Of a DNA stretch of 64,000 bases, positions 37,706 through 46,596 are shown in pieces. Where the stretch lies: assembly GCA_012514035.1 (NCBI GenBank), contig JAAZBB010000015.1, forward strand, positions 31,077 to 95,076, written 5' to 3'. Origin of the DNA: Lentisphaerota bacterium. Its GTDB lineage: Bacteria; Verrucomicrobiota; Kiritimatiellia; CAIQIC01; Lenti-01. A program made the translations under genes and the position numbers. The notes beneath the pieces were generated by a model. That model searched no databases. It had not been told where the DNA came from and saw only the letters and a program-made list of their open reading frames with translations. Each line of letters starts with the position of its first letter. Within the stretch, counting starts at the first letter, position 1.

Positions 37706-38575
37706 TTAATTTCGGCGGCTGCCATGTGGGGGAACAAATTCCCTCAAAGACAGATCGATCTGGCCGGCATCGCCTGGAGGAAGAATCCGACCACCTCGCC
37801 AGGCAAGCAAAACCATTTCTTTGAATGAGGCAACCAGGTTTTTGGGTAATGCGCCCCGGCCAACGCCGCTTTTTCGGATTTGATCATCGAGCGGAGCCTC
37901 TTTCACCCGGGCATTCAACATGCGCGCCATGGCCAGCATCTCCGTGTCCACGAACGGGCTGCGGCATTGTACGGTCATCCGGTCAAGAAGTGACCTGCGG
38001 AAAAAGCGGATCCAGTGCAGATCACGTACTTGTATTCCAAAAAGAAACCGGACCAGCAGGCGATCACAAGCGGATATGGCCTTGCGGTACATGGGCTCCT
38101 TCCGTGACCTGGGATCGCGATAGGTAATCAGCGCATCGCAATCGGTCAGGCCCGCTGCCAGCCGGGGCAGTTCATTCAAGTCGGCTTGCAGGTCCGCGGG
38201 AAACCAAGTTGACCATTCGCCCCGGCTTGTAAAGTAACAGGTACGGATGCCTTCCCCGATTCCCAGATTACGCCGGTGAAGCACCGCTCGGCAGTGCGGG
38301 AGCACCTCGACCAGGTGCGTAATCAGATTGCGGGACCCGTCGGATGAGCCGTCATCCACCAATACAATTTCGTGAGTGACTCCCATTAGGGCCAAGACCC
38401 GGGCAGCCGTCCGGGCGGCTTCTTCCAGCGTGTGGATTTCGTTGTAGTTTAATATGGCCACGCTGAGAAAAGGGTTGATTCCTGGCGGGTTTGGCTGGGG
38501 CTGACAGGACGGTGGCCGGGGCGGATCAGGGATGTCTTCCTGGTGGCCTGTTTCGGCATGTTGGGGTTTCATCAT
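37706..38575 (-). CDS. glycosyltransferase family 2 (Dpm1/polyprenyl-phosphate sugar transferase-like)
   Basis: LSVAILNYNE...VLVDDGSSDGS GT-A signature. Start set at ATG 38575. Confidence 0.8.
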   Translation of the reverse strand: MMKPQHAETGHQEDIPDPPRPPSCQPQPNPPGINPFLSVAILNYNEIHTLEEAARTAARVLALMGVTHEIVLVDDGSSDGSRNLITHLVEVLPHCRAVLHRRNLGIGEGIRTCYFTSRGEWSTWFPADLQADLNELPRLAAGLTDCDALITYRDPRSRKEPMYRKAISACDRLLVRFLFGIQVRDLHWIRFFRRSLLDRMTVQCRSPFVDTEMLAMARMLNARVKEAPLDDQIRKSGVGRGALPKNLVASFKEMVLLAWRGGRILPPGDAGQIDLSLREFVPPHGSRRN

Positions 38576-39043
38576 CGCTATGCAATATGATTCCCTTGAA
38601 AGCGTTGGCTGTCGAGTCAGGAATAGATCAGGGATCAGATATCCGCACGGATCTGGCTGAATGTTGTCCGGTTGAGGATGGCATCCTGCGCGGGCCGTCC
38701 CCCAAGGATACGTTCCGGCGCAGCGATGGTTCATGGCATGCAGGGGGGCTGCGGGCCGATGGATTGGCGGCACTCACCGGTTGTGACGGGATCGACGATG
38801 GTGCTGATGCCCTTCCCGCCTTGATTCCATTCCGCCATCAACCAGCGCGCTTTTCAATGGAAATGCAGTGGCAAAAATAATTCCGAAAAGGACTTGCTAT
38901 GGGAATGGCTTTGCAGTCCAATTTGCATCGTCCTCTTCTTCTGGAAACGATGGGAGGGCCGCGGGCCGACTCAGGTACGGGAGGGAATCCATGCCCCGAC
39001 CGGTCGGCTTGTTATTCGAAAAAAACACAGCGAAAGGAATGGC

Positions 39044-40285
39044 ATGAAACATACGAGACTCCTCGCCGGGACGCTGTGCGTCGCGGCAGCTTTGGCCGCG
39101 CAGGGTGTGTTCGGCGCGGGTTTTGGCATCTATGAAGGTTCCGCCCGCGGCAACGCCATGGGCACGGAAGTCACGGCCGATCCGGCCTCGCCCTCGGTGT
39201 TGTACAACAATGCTGCGGCCATGACGGAACTGGAGGGCACCCAGGTCGAAGCGGGGGCCACGTTCATTCGGCCGCATGTGACGGTGGTCACGCTGACGCC
39301 GGCGGGCGCCGTGGACAACAAGGCTGAAAGCCGGTGGTGGACGCCTCCGCATGCCTACGTGACCCATCAGGTCAACGACAAGATCTGGGCGGGCCTGGGC
39401 GTGTTCAGCCGTTTCGGACTGGGCGTGGACCACGATGATGACTGGCTTGGACGCTACAACTGCCAGGAAGCCACCATCCAGAGCATTGACGTCAATCCCT
39501 CCGTGGCCTTCAAGGTGATGGATACCCTTTCGCTGGCCGCCGGCCTGCGCGCCGAATGGTTCGAGTTTGCCCTGGATCAGGCTCTGCCCACGGGTACCCC
39601 GTTCGTCGATCCGGACCTGCAGTTCCACATGAAAGGAGACAGCTGGGGCATCGGTTACAATCTGGGCGCCTTTTTCCAGGCCAGTGAATGGCTGGCTTTC
39701 GGCCTGGCGTATGAAAGCGAAGTCGACCAGGAGGTCGAAGGCACCTATCATGTCAGCCATCCGAATCCCGCGGTGGCCAGCGGCGACGGCGAGGGCGACG
39801 TTACCACGCCCTCGATTCTGCGTTTCGGGGCCTCGGCCAAGGCCACGGACAAGCTGACGGTCAACGCCGGCCTTGTCTACACGATGTGGAGTTCTTATGA
39901 GGACCTGACCATTGATTTCAATCCTGCGCTGCTGGGCGCAGTGCCGCGCAGCTCCAAGGTGAAGGATTGGGACGATGCGTTCCGCTATCAGATTGGCGCG
40001 GAATATGCGTTGGATGAGACCTGGGCGCTGCGCGCCGGCTACATCTATGATGAAACCCCGATTCCCGATGCGCACGTGGATTACATTGTGCCGGCCAATG
40101 ACCGCAATTTGTTCTCGCTGGGCGTCGGCTACAAGAAGGGCGATTTCTTCTGCGACCTGGCCTACACCTATCTGTTGATCAAGGATCGCGACGTGGCCGC
40201 CCGGGTTGCCGATGGCGTGCTGCCCGGCGAGTTCAAGGACGGCGATGCCCACATGATCGGCCTGTCGCTCGGCTACAAACTCTAA
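39044..40285 (+). CDS. outer-membrane transport protein, FadL/OmpP1/TodX family
   Basis: Signal peptide MKHTRLLAGTLCVAAALAAQG, then GIYEGSARGNAMGTEVTAD and beta-barrel periodicity. C-terminal ...GLSLGYKL. Confidence 0.72.
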   Translation: MKHTRLLAGTLCVAAALAAQGVFGAGFGIYEGSARGNAMGTEVTADPASPSVLYNNAAAMTELEGTQVEAGATFIRPHVTVVTLTPAGAVDNKAESRWWTPPHAYVTHQVNDKIWAGLGVFSRFGLGVDHDDDWLGRYNCQEATIQSIDVNPSVAFKVMDTLSLAAGLRAEWFEFALDQALPTGTPFVDPDLQFHMKGDSWGIGYNLGAFFQASEWLAFGLAYESEVDQEVEGTYHVSHPNPAVASGDGEGDVTTPSILRFGASAKATDKLTVNAGLVYTMWSSYEDLTIDFNPALLGAVPRSSKVKDWDDAFRYQIGAEYALDETWALRAGYIYDETPIPDAHVDYIVPANDRNLFSLGVGYKKGDFFCDLAYTYLLIKDRDVAARVADGVLPGEFKDGDAHMIGLSLGYKL

Positions 40286-40307
40286 AATTCCAGTTCATCT
40301 GGGCTGA

Positions 40308-40338
40308 AGCCCCGAAACTCCCGTTTCGGGGCTTTTTG
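40308..40338 (+). terminator. rho-independent terminator after the FadL-like gene
   Basis: AGCCCCGAAAC-tccc-GTTTCGGGGCT, an 11-bp stem followed by TTTTTGT. Confidence 0.75.
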
Positions 40339-40610
40339 TCGCCCGTTGAGGGATTGTGCAGGATGCTCAAAGTGCATGCGGACGCATAGAGACGCATGGA
40401 ATGAACATTGTGCCTGCCGGAACTGGGCCGGGAAAAGGGGCGCTCGGGGGGGGGCGCGAAGGCTCTCTTGCCACGCAGACGGCTTGCAGAAATTGCCGCC
40501 GAATTGTTGCTTTGGGGCGGGGGAGCCGGGAGCGGTACGCATTTCGATGAATCCGCCTCCGGAACAAGAATCCAGGTGGAGATCAGGGACGCGAGGGCGG
40601 AGATATCCGT

Positions 40611-42068
40611 TTACCGGGGGGCAAAGGGGAAAAGCAGGGCTTTCTTCACGGCCTCCTCGTTGTGGACGTGGGCCAGCACAGTCACTTGGTCGCCGCCCCG
40701 GAGGCGGGTCGAGCCGTTGGGACTGACGACCTGCGGTCCCCGGCTGACCAAGGTGATGACGCTGTCGGGCGGCAGGCGCAGATCTTGAATGCGCAGTTCC
40801 GGGTTAGGCCCGTGTTCGGGAAGATCGACGACCACGAGATCCATGTCACTGGGGGCCATGGTGACGAGTTCGAGGCTGTACATCGGTTCGGGCCGGGTGC
40901 GTCGGGCCAGGAGGCGAAAGAGCCGGGCGACGGGCCCGAGCGTGGAACCCTGGATCAGGACGGAGAGGATCACGGCGAAAAAGACCAGGTTGAATATGTC
41001 TTGGCTGCCGGGGAGATTGGCGGCGGCGGGATAGGTGGCCAGTACGATCGGAACGGCGCCGCGGAGACCCGCCCAGCTCATGAAAACAAGGTGAGGAATG
41101 CGGATTCCCATGCCGAGGGTGCTGAGGGCAACGGCGAGCGGGCGGGAGATGAAGGTCAAGGTCAGGAAGAGAATCAGGCCGTCCGCCCAGATGTGGGTCC
41201 ATTGCCGGGGAAAAACAAGCAGGCCGAGAAGAATGAAGGTGCAGATGTTCGCAACGCTGGCGAAAGCGGCCGAAAACTGGGCGACGCCCTGCTTGTGGAC
41301 GAAGGAGTGGTTGCCCATGACGTGGCCGGCGATGAAAACGGCCAGCATGCCGCTGGAATGCATGAGTTCGGCCAGCCCGTAGGTGAGCAGGACGATGCCG
41401 AAGAACAGGACGTAGTAGTAGCCGCGATCCTGGAAGCGGAGCTTGTTGAACAGCCAAACCGAGGCGCGGCCCATGAGCCAGCCGAGAAGGGGACCGGCGG
41501 CAAACTTCCAGGCGGATGCAAGTGCCGTCCAGAAATTCGGAACCTGGCCGGCGGCGAGGGTTTGGACGGCCACGACCGTGAGCAGCACCGCCATCGGATC
41601 GTTCGCGGCGCTTTCGATGACGAGCGTGCTGGAAAGTCGTTTGGGGAGCGCGTATCGGCGGAGAATCGAGAAGGTGGCGGCCGCGTCGGTGGAAGAAATG
41701 ATGGCGGCCAGCAGGCAAGCCTTTTCGAACGGCCAGCCCAGCACTTTCCAGAGGAACGCCAAGGTGATGCCGGCGGTGAGCATGACGCCCCAGACAGCCA
41801 GCCCTCCGGCGGGAAGGGCAACGGCCCTGAAATCGTTGCGCTTGATGCCGAAGCCCCCCTGGAAAAGAATGAAAACCAGGGCGAAATTGGCAATCCGGTT
41901 GGCGAGCAGCGCGTTGTCGAAATGCCACAGGTTGAGGACGTCGCTGCCAAACAGGATGCCGCCGCCAAGGGCAACGAGAATGACGGGCACGCTCCAGCGG
42001 TCGAGCCAGACCGCGGCGAGCACGACCGAAATCAAAATCATGGGACTGACGATGTAAACGAGGTCCAT
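40611..42068 (-). CDS. cation:proton antiporter (CPA1; NhaP2-like) with C-terminal TrkA-C domain
   Basis: Twelve to thirteen transmembrane helices and a C-terminal regulatory domain (LVVVDLPEHG...VTVLAHV). Start set at ATG 42068. Confidence 0.78.
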   Translation of the reverse strand: MDLVYIVSPMILISVVLAAVWLDRWSVPVILVALGGGILFGSDVLNLWHFDNALLANRIANFALVFILFQGGFGIKRNDFRAVALPAGGLAVWGVMLTAGITLAFLWKVLGWPFEKACLLAAIISSTDAAATFSILRRYALPKRLSSTLVIESAANDPMAVLLTVVAVQTLAAGQVPNFWTALASAWKFAAGPLLGWLMGRASVWLFNKLRFQDRGYYYVLFFGIVLLTYGLAELMHSSGMLAVFIAGHVMGNHSFVHKQGVAQFSAAFASVANICTFILLGLLVFPRQWTHIWADGLILFLTLTFISRPLAVALSTLGMGIRIPHLVFMSWAGLRGAVPIVLATYPAAANLPGSQDIFNLVFFAVILSVLIQGSTLGPVARLFRLLARRTRPEPMYSLELVTMAPSDMDLVVVDLPEHGPNPELRIQDLRLPPDSVITLVSRGPQVVSPNGSTRLRGGDQVTVLAHVHNEEAVKKALLFPFAPR

Positions 42069-42228
42069 GGGCGTTATTCCACAGGCGGAACGCAGCACTT
42101 TAGCGGCGTTCAAGCGAACAAATGACCCATAAGTATGGCGGCAAGGATGCGTTTTAGGCAAACGTATTTTGGCGGTTTAGATCTGGCGATCGGGCGCAGC
42201 CCGGTTCCATTGACAACGATTGGCCAAA

Positions 42229-42440
42229 TTTGGAGTGCGGCGGGAAGCGAGGCTCGGCGATCGCCACGCCGCTTTTTGTTTTTGGGGAGGCAGCCGAACG
42301 GTCAGCCATAACAGCCGGAACAGCCAAAGCGGGGCCGCCTCCCGTTGGTCGTTGTCCCCGCACTCCAAACCGATCCGCGCAATTTGGAGTGCGGCGGGAA
42401 GCGAGGCTCGGCGATCGCCACGCCGTTTTGGGGGGTGCCC
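42229..42440. repeat. interspersed repeat module C (one full and one partial tandem copy)
   Basis: 42229-42369 is about 90% identical to 49522-49664, with TTTGGAGTGCGG...CCGCACTCCAAA terminal inverted ends. A second partial copy sits at 42381-42425. Confidence 0.85.
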
Positions 42441-42571
42441 GGTTTTGAGCGTGTGTGTTTTTGGCCTTGCAACCGGCGGGAATTTGAAGTAATGAAGATT
42501 AGATCGCCGAGTCACTCAGCGGGCATTCCGTGTAACGGCCGAGTTGCGGATATGCCCAAGGAGGTGCCACC

Positions 42572-43387
42572 ATGAAACAAAGCACGAAAGCCCCGGCCAA
42601 GCACGTCAGCCGCACGGTCCAGTCGCCTCGGTTGCTCGGCAGCAAAAGCGACATGCCCCGGATGTTGCTGGTCGACGTTTCCAGGCCCATGCGCCGGCTT
42701 CTGGTCAAAATGCTGAAGAAATCGTCGCCCGACATTGTCGTGGCCGCAGCCGGTTCCGTAGCCGAGGCCGTGCGTATCATCGATGCACTGAGGCCCCAGA
42801 CCATCCTGCTGAGCCTGGACCTTCCGGACGGCAGCGGGTTGGAAATCCTGCGCCACGCCATGGCGTTGGACCCCTATTGCATGGTCGTCGTCCTGACGGG
42901 CCGTACGGATGCGGAAACCCGGCTGGAGTGCTTCGAGGAAGGCGCGGATTTCGTGTTCGACAAATCGGCCTCTTTTGAGCGCGCCATCGAAACGGCGGGA
43001 CAGGCTTCGCGCCGGCAGTTGTTCAGAATTCCGCGTCAGCCGATCTCGCGACAATTCATCAGCGAGGATTTCGTGTTGGCGAACAAATCGGGGTTGCATG
43101 TTTTGCCCGCGGCCCGGCTGGTGAAGCTGGCCAGCGGGTACCATGCGGCCATCGAGATTGCCTATGGTGACCAGAAAGCCAATGCCAAGGCCATGATGGA
43201 AGTCATGGCCCTCGGCGCCGAATGCGGCGCCCGTATAACCGTGACGGCTGCGGGCCAGGATGCGGACCAGGCGCTGGCGGGAATCCGCAGCCTCGTCGCG
43301 AAAAACTTTCATGACGAGGCTTGTTCGCGCCGCCGCCGAAACAGGGCAAGCCGGAGCCCCCGGCCGAATAATGGCCCGCCGAAATAG
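42572..43387 (+). CDS. response-regulator receiver (REC) domain fused to HPr phosphocarrier domain
   Basis: N-terminal REC (LLVDVS..., LLSLDLPDGSG, VVLTGRTD, FVFDKS). C-terminal HPr fold (GLHVLPAARLVKLASGYHAAIEI...MEVMALGAECGARITVTAAG) with His15 retained and the Ser46 position occupied by Ala. Confidence 0.75.
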   Translation: MKQSTKAPAKHVSRTVQSPRLLGSKSDMPRMLLVDVSRPMRRLLVKMLKKSSPDIVVAAAGSVAEAVRIIDALRPQTILLSLDLPDGSGLEILRHAMALDPYCMVVVLTGRTDAETRLECFEEGADFVFDKSASFERAIETAGQASRRQLFRIPRQPISRQFISEDFVLANKSGLHVLPAARLVKLASGYHAAIEIAYGDQKANAKAMMEVMALGAECGARITVTAAGQDADQALAGIRSLVAKNFHDEACSRRRRNRASRSPRPNNGPPK

Positions 43388-43421
43388 GAAGTCCGGCCCA
43401 TCTCTATTGAGTTTTTCAAAA

Positions 43422-43532
43422 GTAGGTTGCGGTTATGGTTCGGGCGGGCCCCGCCACCTTGTGTGGTGGGGGAGCTAACTTTGCCTCCCATGGCGCAAGG
43501 CCATGGGGGGGGCGAAACAGCCAAGTTCATCA
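43422..43532. repeat. interspersed repeat module A (solo copy), two GC-rich hairpins
   Basis: About 95% identical to 21380-21483. The hairpins are CCCC(A/G)CCACC-ttgtg-TGGTGGGGG and CCCATGGC-gcaag-GCCATGGG. Confidence 0.85.
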
Positions 43533-43609
43533 ATTTGGATGCGTCCGAGAAACTCGGCTGATCAAAATGGACTGGATTCGAAAGGCGCGCGGCGGCTAGA
43601 CTGCGCGCC

Positions 43610-44767
43610 ATGGACCCGGTTCGGGCAAAACGGATTGCAGTGGATGCGCGGTGGGTGTTCCGTGAATTGAGCGGGATCGGCCGCTACACACTCGAACTGT
43701 TGCGGGAACTGGGGGAAATCGGCGGGGCATTCCATTTCCTGGTGCTGGTGCGCGACGCGGAGCGGCGGGCATTCATCGCGCGGGAGGCCGGGCTGGCGGA
43801 CCGGGCGAATTTCGAGTTTGCGGAGCTGCCCCATGGCGTGTTTTCGCCGCTGGGCCAGTTCGCCGCAGCGCGACTGCTGCGCGAACGCATGGTGGACATC
43901 TACCACTCGACGAATTTCATGATTCCGCTACCGGCCTTTCCCCGGCACCGGCCGCATGCGATCCGCTGCGTCTGCAACATCCACGATTTGATTCCCCTGG
44001 TGCATCCGGAATTCACGCCGCGCGCGCTGAAGACGCGGTTTTACCCGGTGTACAAGGCGCTGATGCATCAAATTGCGCGGCGGGTGGATACGGTGGTGAC
44101 GGGCAGTGAATCGGCCCGTCGTGACATTGTCCGCCTGCTGGGGATTCCCGGGGAACGCATCGTGGTGGCGCCGGATGGCGTGGCGGCGCACTATGGGCCC
44201 GCCGGCGAGAAGCCGTCGGCCCGGGGCGGGCCGAAGACCGTGCTCTATGTGGGCCGGAGCGATCCTTACAAGAACCTGCCCGGGCTGGTTGCGGTCTTTG
44301 CACGGCTGGTGCGCGAGACCGGGATGGACGTCCGCCTGCGCATCGTGGGCTCTCCGGACGCGCGCTATCCGGAGGCCGGGGAGGCGGCGCGGCGGCTAGG
44401 GGTGGCCGACCGGGTGGAATGGTCGGGTTATCTCGACGAGGCCGGACTGCTGAAGGCTTATCAGGAGGCCGATGTGCTGGCGCTGTTGTCGCGCTACGAG
44501 GGATTCGGCCTGCCGGTGCTGGAGGCCATGGCCTGCGGCACACCCGTGGTTTGTTCCGATGCGGCCAGCCTGCCGGAAGTGGTCGGCGGCGCGGCTTGGC
44601 TGGTCAATCCGGATGACCAGGCGGAGGCCGTGGCGGCCCTGCGCGAGGTGCTGACCAATCCGGCGGCGGCGGAGCGCTTGCGGACCGCCGGACTGGAACG
44701 GGCGCGGCAATTCACCTGGCAGGCGGCGGCGGCGGCCGTTCTGCGCGTGTATGGCGGGGCACCATGA
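43610..44767 (+). CDS. glycosyltransferase family 4
   Basis: EGFGLPVLEAMACGTPVVCSDAASLPEVVG EX7E motif. Confidence 0.85.
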   Translation: MDPVRAKRIAVDARWVFRELSGIGRYTLELLRELGEIGGAFHFLVLVRDAERRAFIAREAGLADRANFEFAELPHGVFSPLGQFAAARLLRERMVDIYHSTNFMIPLPAFPRHRPHAIRCVCNIHDLIPLVHPEFTPRALKTRFYPVYKALMHQIARRVDTVVTGSESARRDIVRLLGIPGERIVVAPDGVAAHYGPAGEKPSARGGPKTVLYVGRSDPYKNLPGLVAVFARLVRETGMDVRLRIVGSPDARYPEAGEAARRLGVADRVEWSGYLDEAGLLKAYQEADVLALLSRYEGFGLPVLEAMACGTPVVCSDAASLPEVVGGAAWLVNPDDQAEAVAALREVLTNPAAAERLRTAGLERARQFTWQAAAAAVLRVYGGAP

Positions 44768-45873
44768 GCCGTGTGCGGAAGGTGGTGCTCGCCCATGACT
44801 GGCTGAACGGCATGCGCGGAGGCGAACGATGCCTCGATTTGATCTGCCAGGAATATCCGCAGGCGGATCTGTACACGCTGCTCTTTCGCCCCGAACTGGT
44901 GTCGGATGCAATCCGGAACCGCAAGGTCCATGTCTCAGGCCTTCAGCGCGTGCCGGGATTCCGGGCGCATTACCGGTGGTTTCTGCCGTTGTTCCCGATG
45001 GCGATCGAGTCGTTTCGGGTGCCCGCGGACGTGGATCTGGTGTTGAGCACAAGCCATTGCGTGGCCAAGGGGCTGGTGCCGCCGCCAGGCGCGAGGCACC
45101 TGTGCTATTGCTTCACGCCGATGCGCTACGCCTGGTCCATGCAGGCGGATTATTTCGGGCGGAACCGCTTCAAGCGGGCCGTGATCGACCGGATGCTGGC
45201 GCGCCTGCGCACGTGGGATCGGACGGCCAGCGAGCGGGTGGACCGGTTCGTGGCCATCAGCCGGCACGTGCAACGGCGCATCGAAAAATACTATGGCCGC
45301 GAATCCACGGTGGTCTATCCGCCGGTGGCCACCCGGTTCTTCACCCCGGACGAACGCGGGGGACACGACGGCTTCGATCTGATCGTGTCTGCCCTGGTCC
45401 CGTACAAGCGGGTGGATTTGGCGGTGCGGGCCTATTCGCAGACGGGGCGTCCGCTGAAAATCGCGGGCGTGGGCACCGATTTGGCGGTTTTGAAAGACAT
45501 CGCGGCGCCCAACGTGGCATTTCTCGGACATGTGCCCGACGAACACATCCGCGAACTGTACCGCCGCTGCCGGTTCCTGGTGTTCCCGGGCGAAGAGGAC
45601 TTCGGGATTGTGCCGCTCGAAGCGCAGGCCTGCGGCAAACCCGTCGTGGCCTACGGCCAGGGAGGCTTGCTGGAAACAGTGGTGGCCGGCCAGACCGGCC
45701 TGTTCTTCGATCAACAAACGCCGGAAGCGCTGGCGGACGCCGTGGGGCGTGCGGAGCATGTCGCATGGGATCCGGCTGCCATCCGCCGGCATGCCGAGGA
45801 ATTCAGCGAAGCGCGTTTTCTTGCCGGATTGCGCGCGGAAATTGCGAAGGTGATGGAAGGGCCGGGGCGATGA
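44764..45873 (+). CDS. glycosyltransferase family 4
   Basis: EDFGIVPLEAQACGKPVVAYGQGGLLETVV. ATGA overlap with the upstream GT4. Confidence 0.85.
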   Translation: MSRVRKVVLAHDWLNGMRGGERCLDLICQEYPQADLYTLLFRPELVSDAIRNRKVHVSGLQRVPGFRAHYRWFLPLFPMAIESFRVPADVDLVLSTSHCVAKGLVPPPGARHLCYCFTPMRYAWSMQADYFGRNRFKRAVIDRMLARLRTWDRTASERVDRFVAISRHVQRRIEKYYGRESTVVYPPVATRFFTPDERGGHDGFDLIVSALVPYKRVDLAVRAYSQTGRPLKIAGVGTDLAVLKDIAAPNVAFLGHVPDEHIRELYRRCRFLVFPGEEDFGIVPLEAQACGKPVVAYGQGGLLETVVAGQTGLFFDQQTPEALADAVGRAEHVAWDPAAIRRHAEEFSEARFLAGLRAEIAKVMEGPGR

Positions 45874-46583
45874 TGGCCCCCCATGCCCTTCGTTCCCCCG
45901 CCGGAGCTGGCGCGCCCCGGGCGGTCGCGCCTGGCGACGCGGCCCGGTTGATGCGCATGTCGCGCGGATTTTCCTGCCTGTTCTGGAGTATGCCGCTGCT
46001 CTCCGCGGCGCATGCCGCGGCCTGGAGATCCGTCCTTCCGGTACATTGGATGATCGGCGTGCTGCTGGCCGGCTTTCTGCCCCTCGGGTGCGGCTTGGGA
46101 ATGTTCCGGGCGTGCGGGAATATTGCCCCGCAATGGAACACCCGGACCGGCCGCGTGTTGCTGCTGGCACTGGTTGGAGCCAGTCTCTCGCCGTTTCTGG
46201 TGTGGTGGCGCAACGCCCCGACCCGGGGGTATTTGGCGGCGAACGCGGCCGCCCATTATCTGGTCATGATTGCCCTGCTGGGGGGCTTGAACCGGCTGGC
46301 CGGGGCCGCGGCGCGCCGGATGAAGGACGTGCCGCTGGAGCGGGAAGCGCGGGCCGGTCTGATCATGGTGCTGTGGCTGGGCTTCTGTACCCTCGGGGCT
46401 CTGGTTTGGTTGTATTACCGCAGTGGCGTGATCGAGGCAGGGGTGACGACCGTCTTGATCCATCTGGCCCAGCTCCCGACCGAGGCCCACATGCTCTTTG
46501 TGCTGCCCTATGCCATGACCGCCTATGTGATGTGGCGGGCCAAGGAGACCGGCTTCCGCGGTGCGGTTCGTCCCGGCCCTTGA
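45870..46583 (+). CDS. hypothetical integral membrane protein
   Basis: ATG overlaps the GT4 stop. Five to six hydrophobic segments. No recognisable family. Confidence 0.45.
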   Translation: MMAPHALRSPAGAGAPRAVAPGDAARLMRMSRGFSCLFWSMPLLSAAHAAAWRSVLPVHWMIGVLLAGFLPLGCGLGMFRACGNIAPQWNTRTGRVLLLALVGASLSPFLVWWRNAPTRGYLAANAAAHYLVMIALLGGLNRLAGAAARRMKDVPLEREARAGLIMVLWLGFCTLGALVWLYYRSGVIEAGVTTVLIHLAQLPTEAHMLFVLPYAMTAYVMWRAKETGFRGAVRPGP

Positions 46584-46596
46584 ATGGGCGACGGCC

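Noticed and set aside
42154-42363. ORFs beginning MRGQRPTGGGPALAVPAV… (also 49201..49656), apparently conserved between loci.
   Set aside because: Conservation is at the DNA level (repeat module C). Composition is Arg/Pro/Gly-rich with no start context, so these are repeat translations rather than genes.
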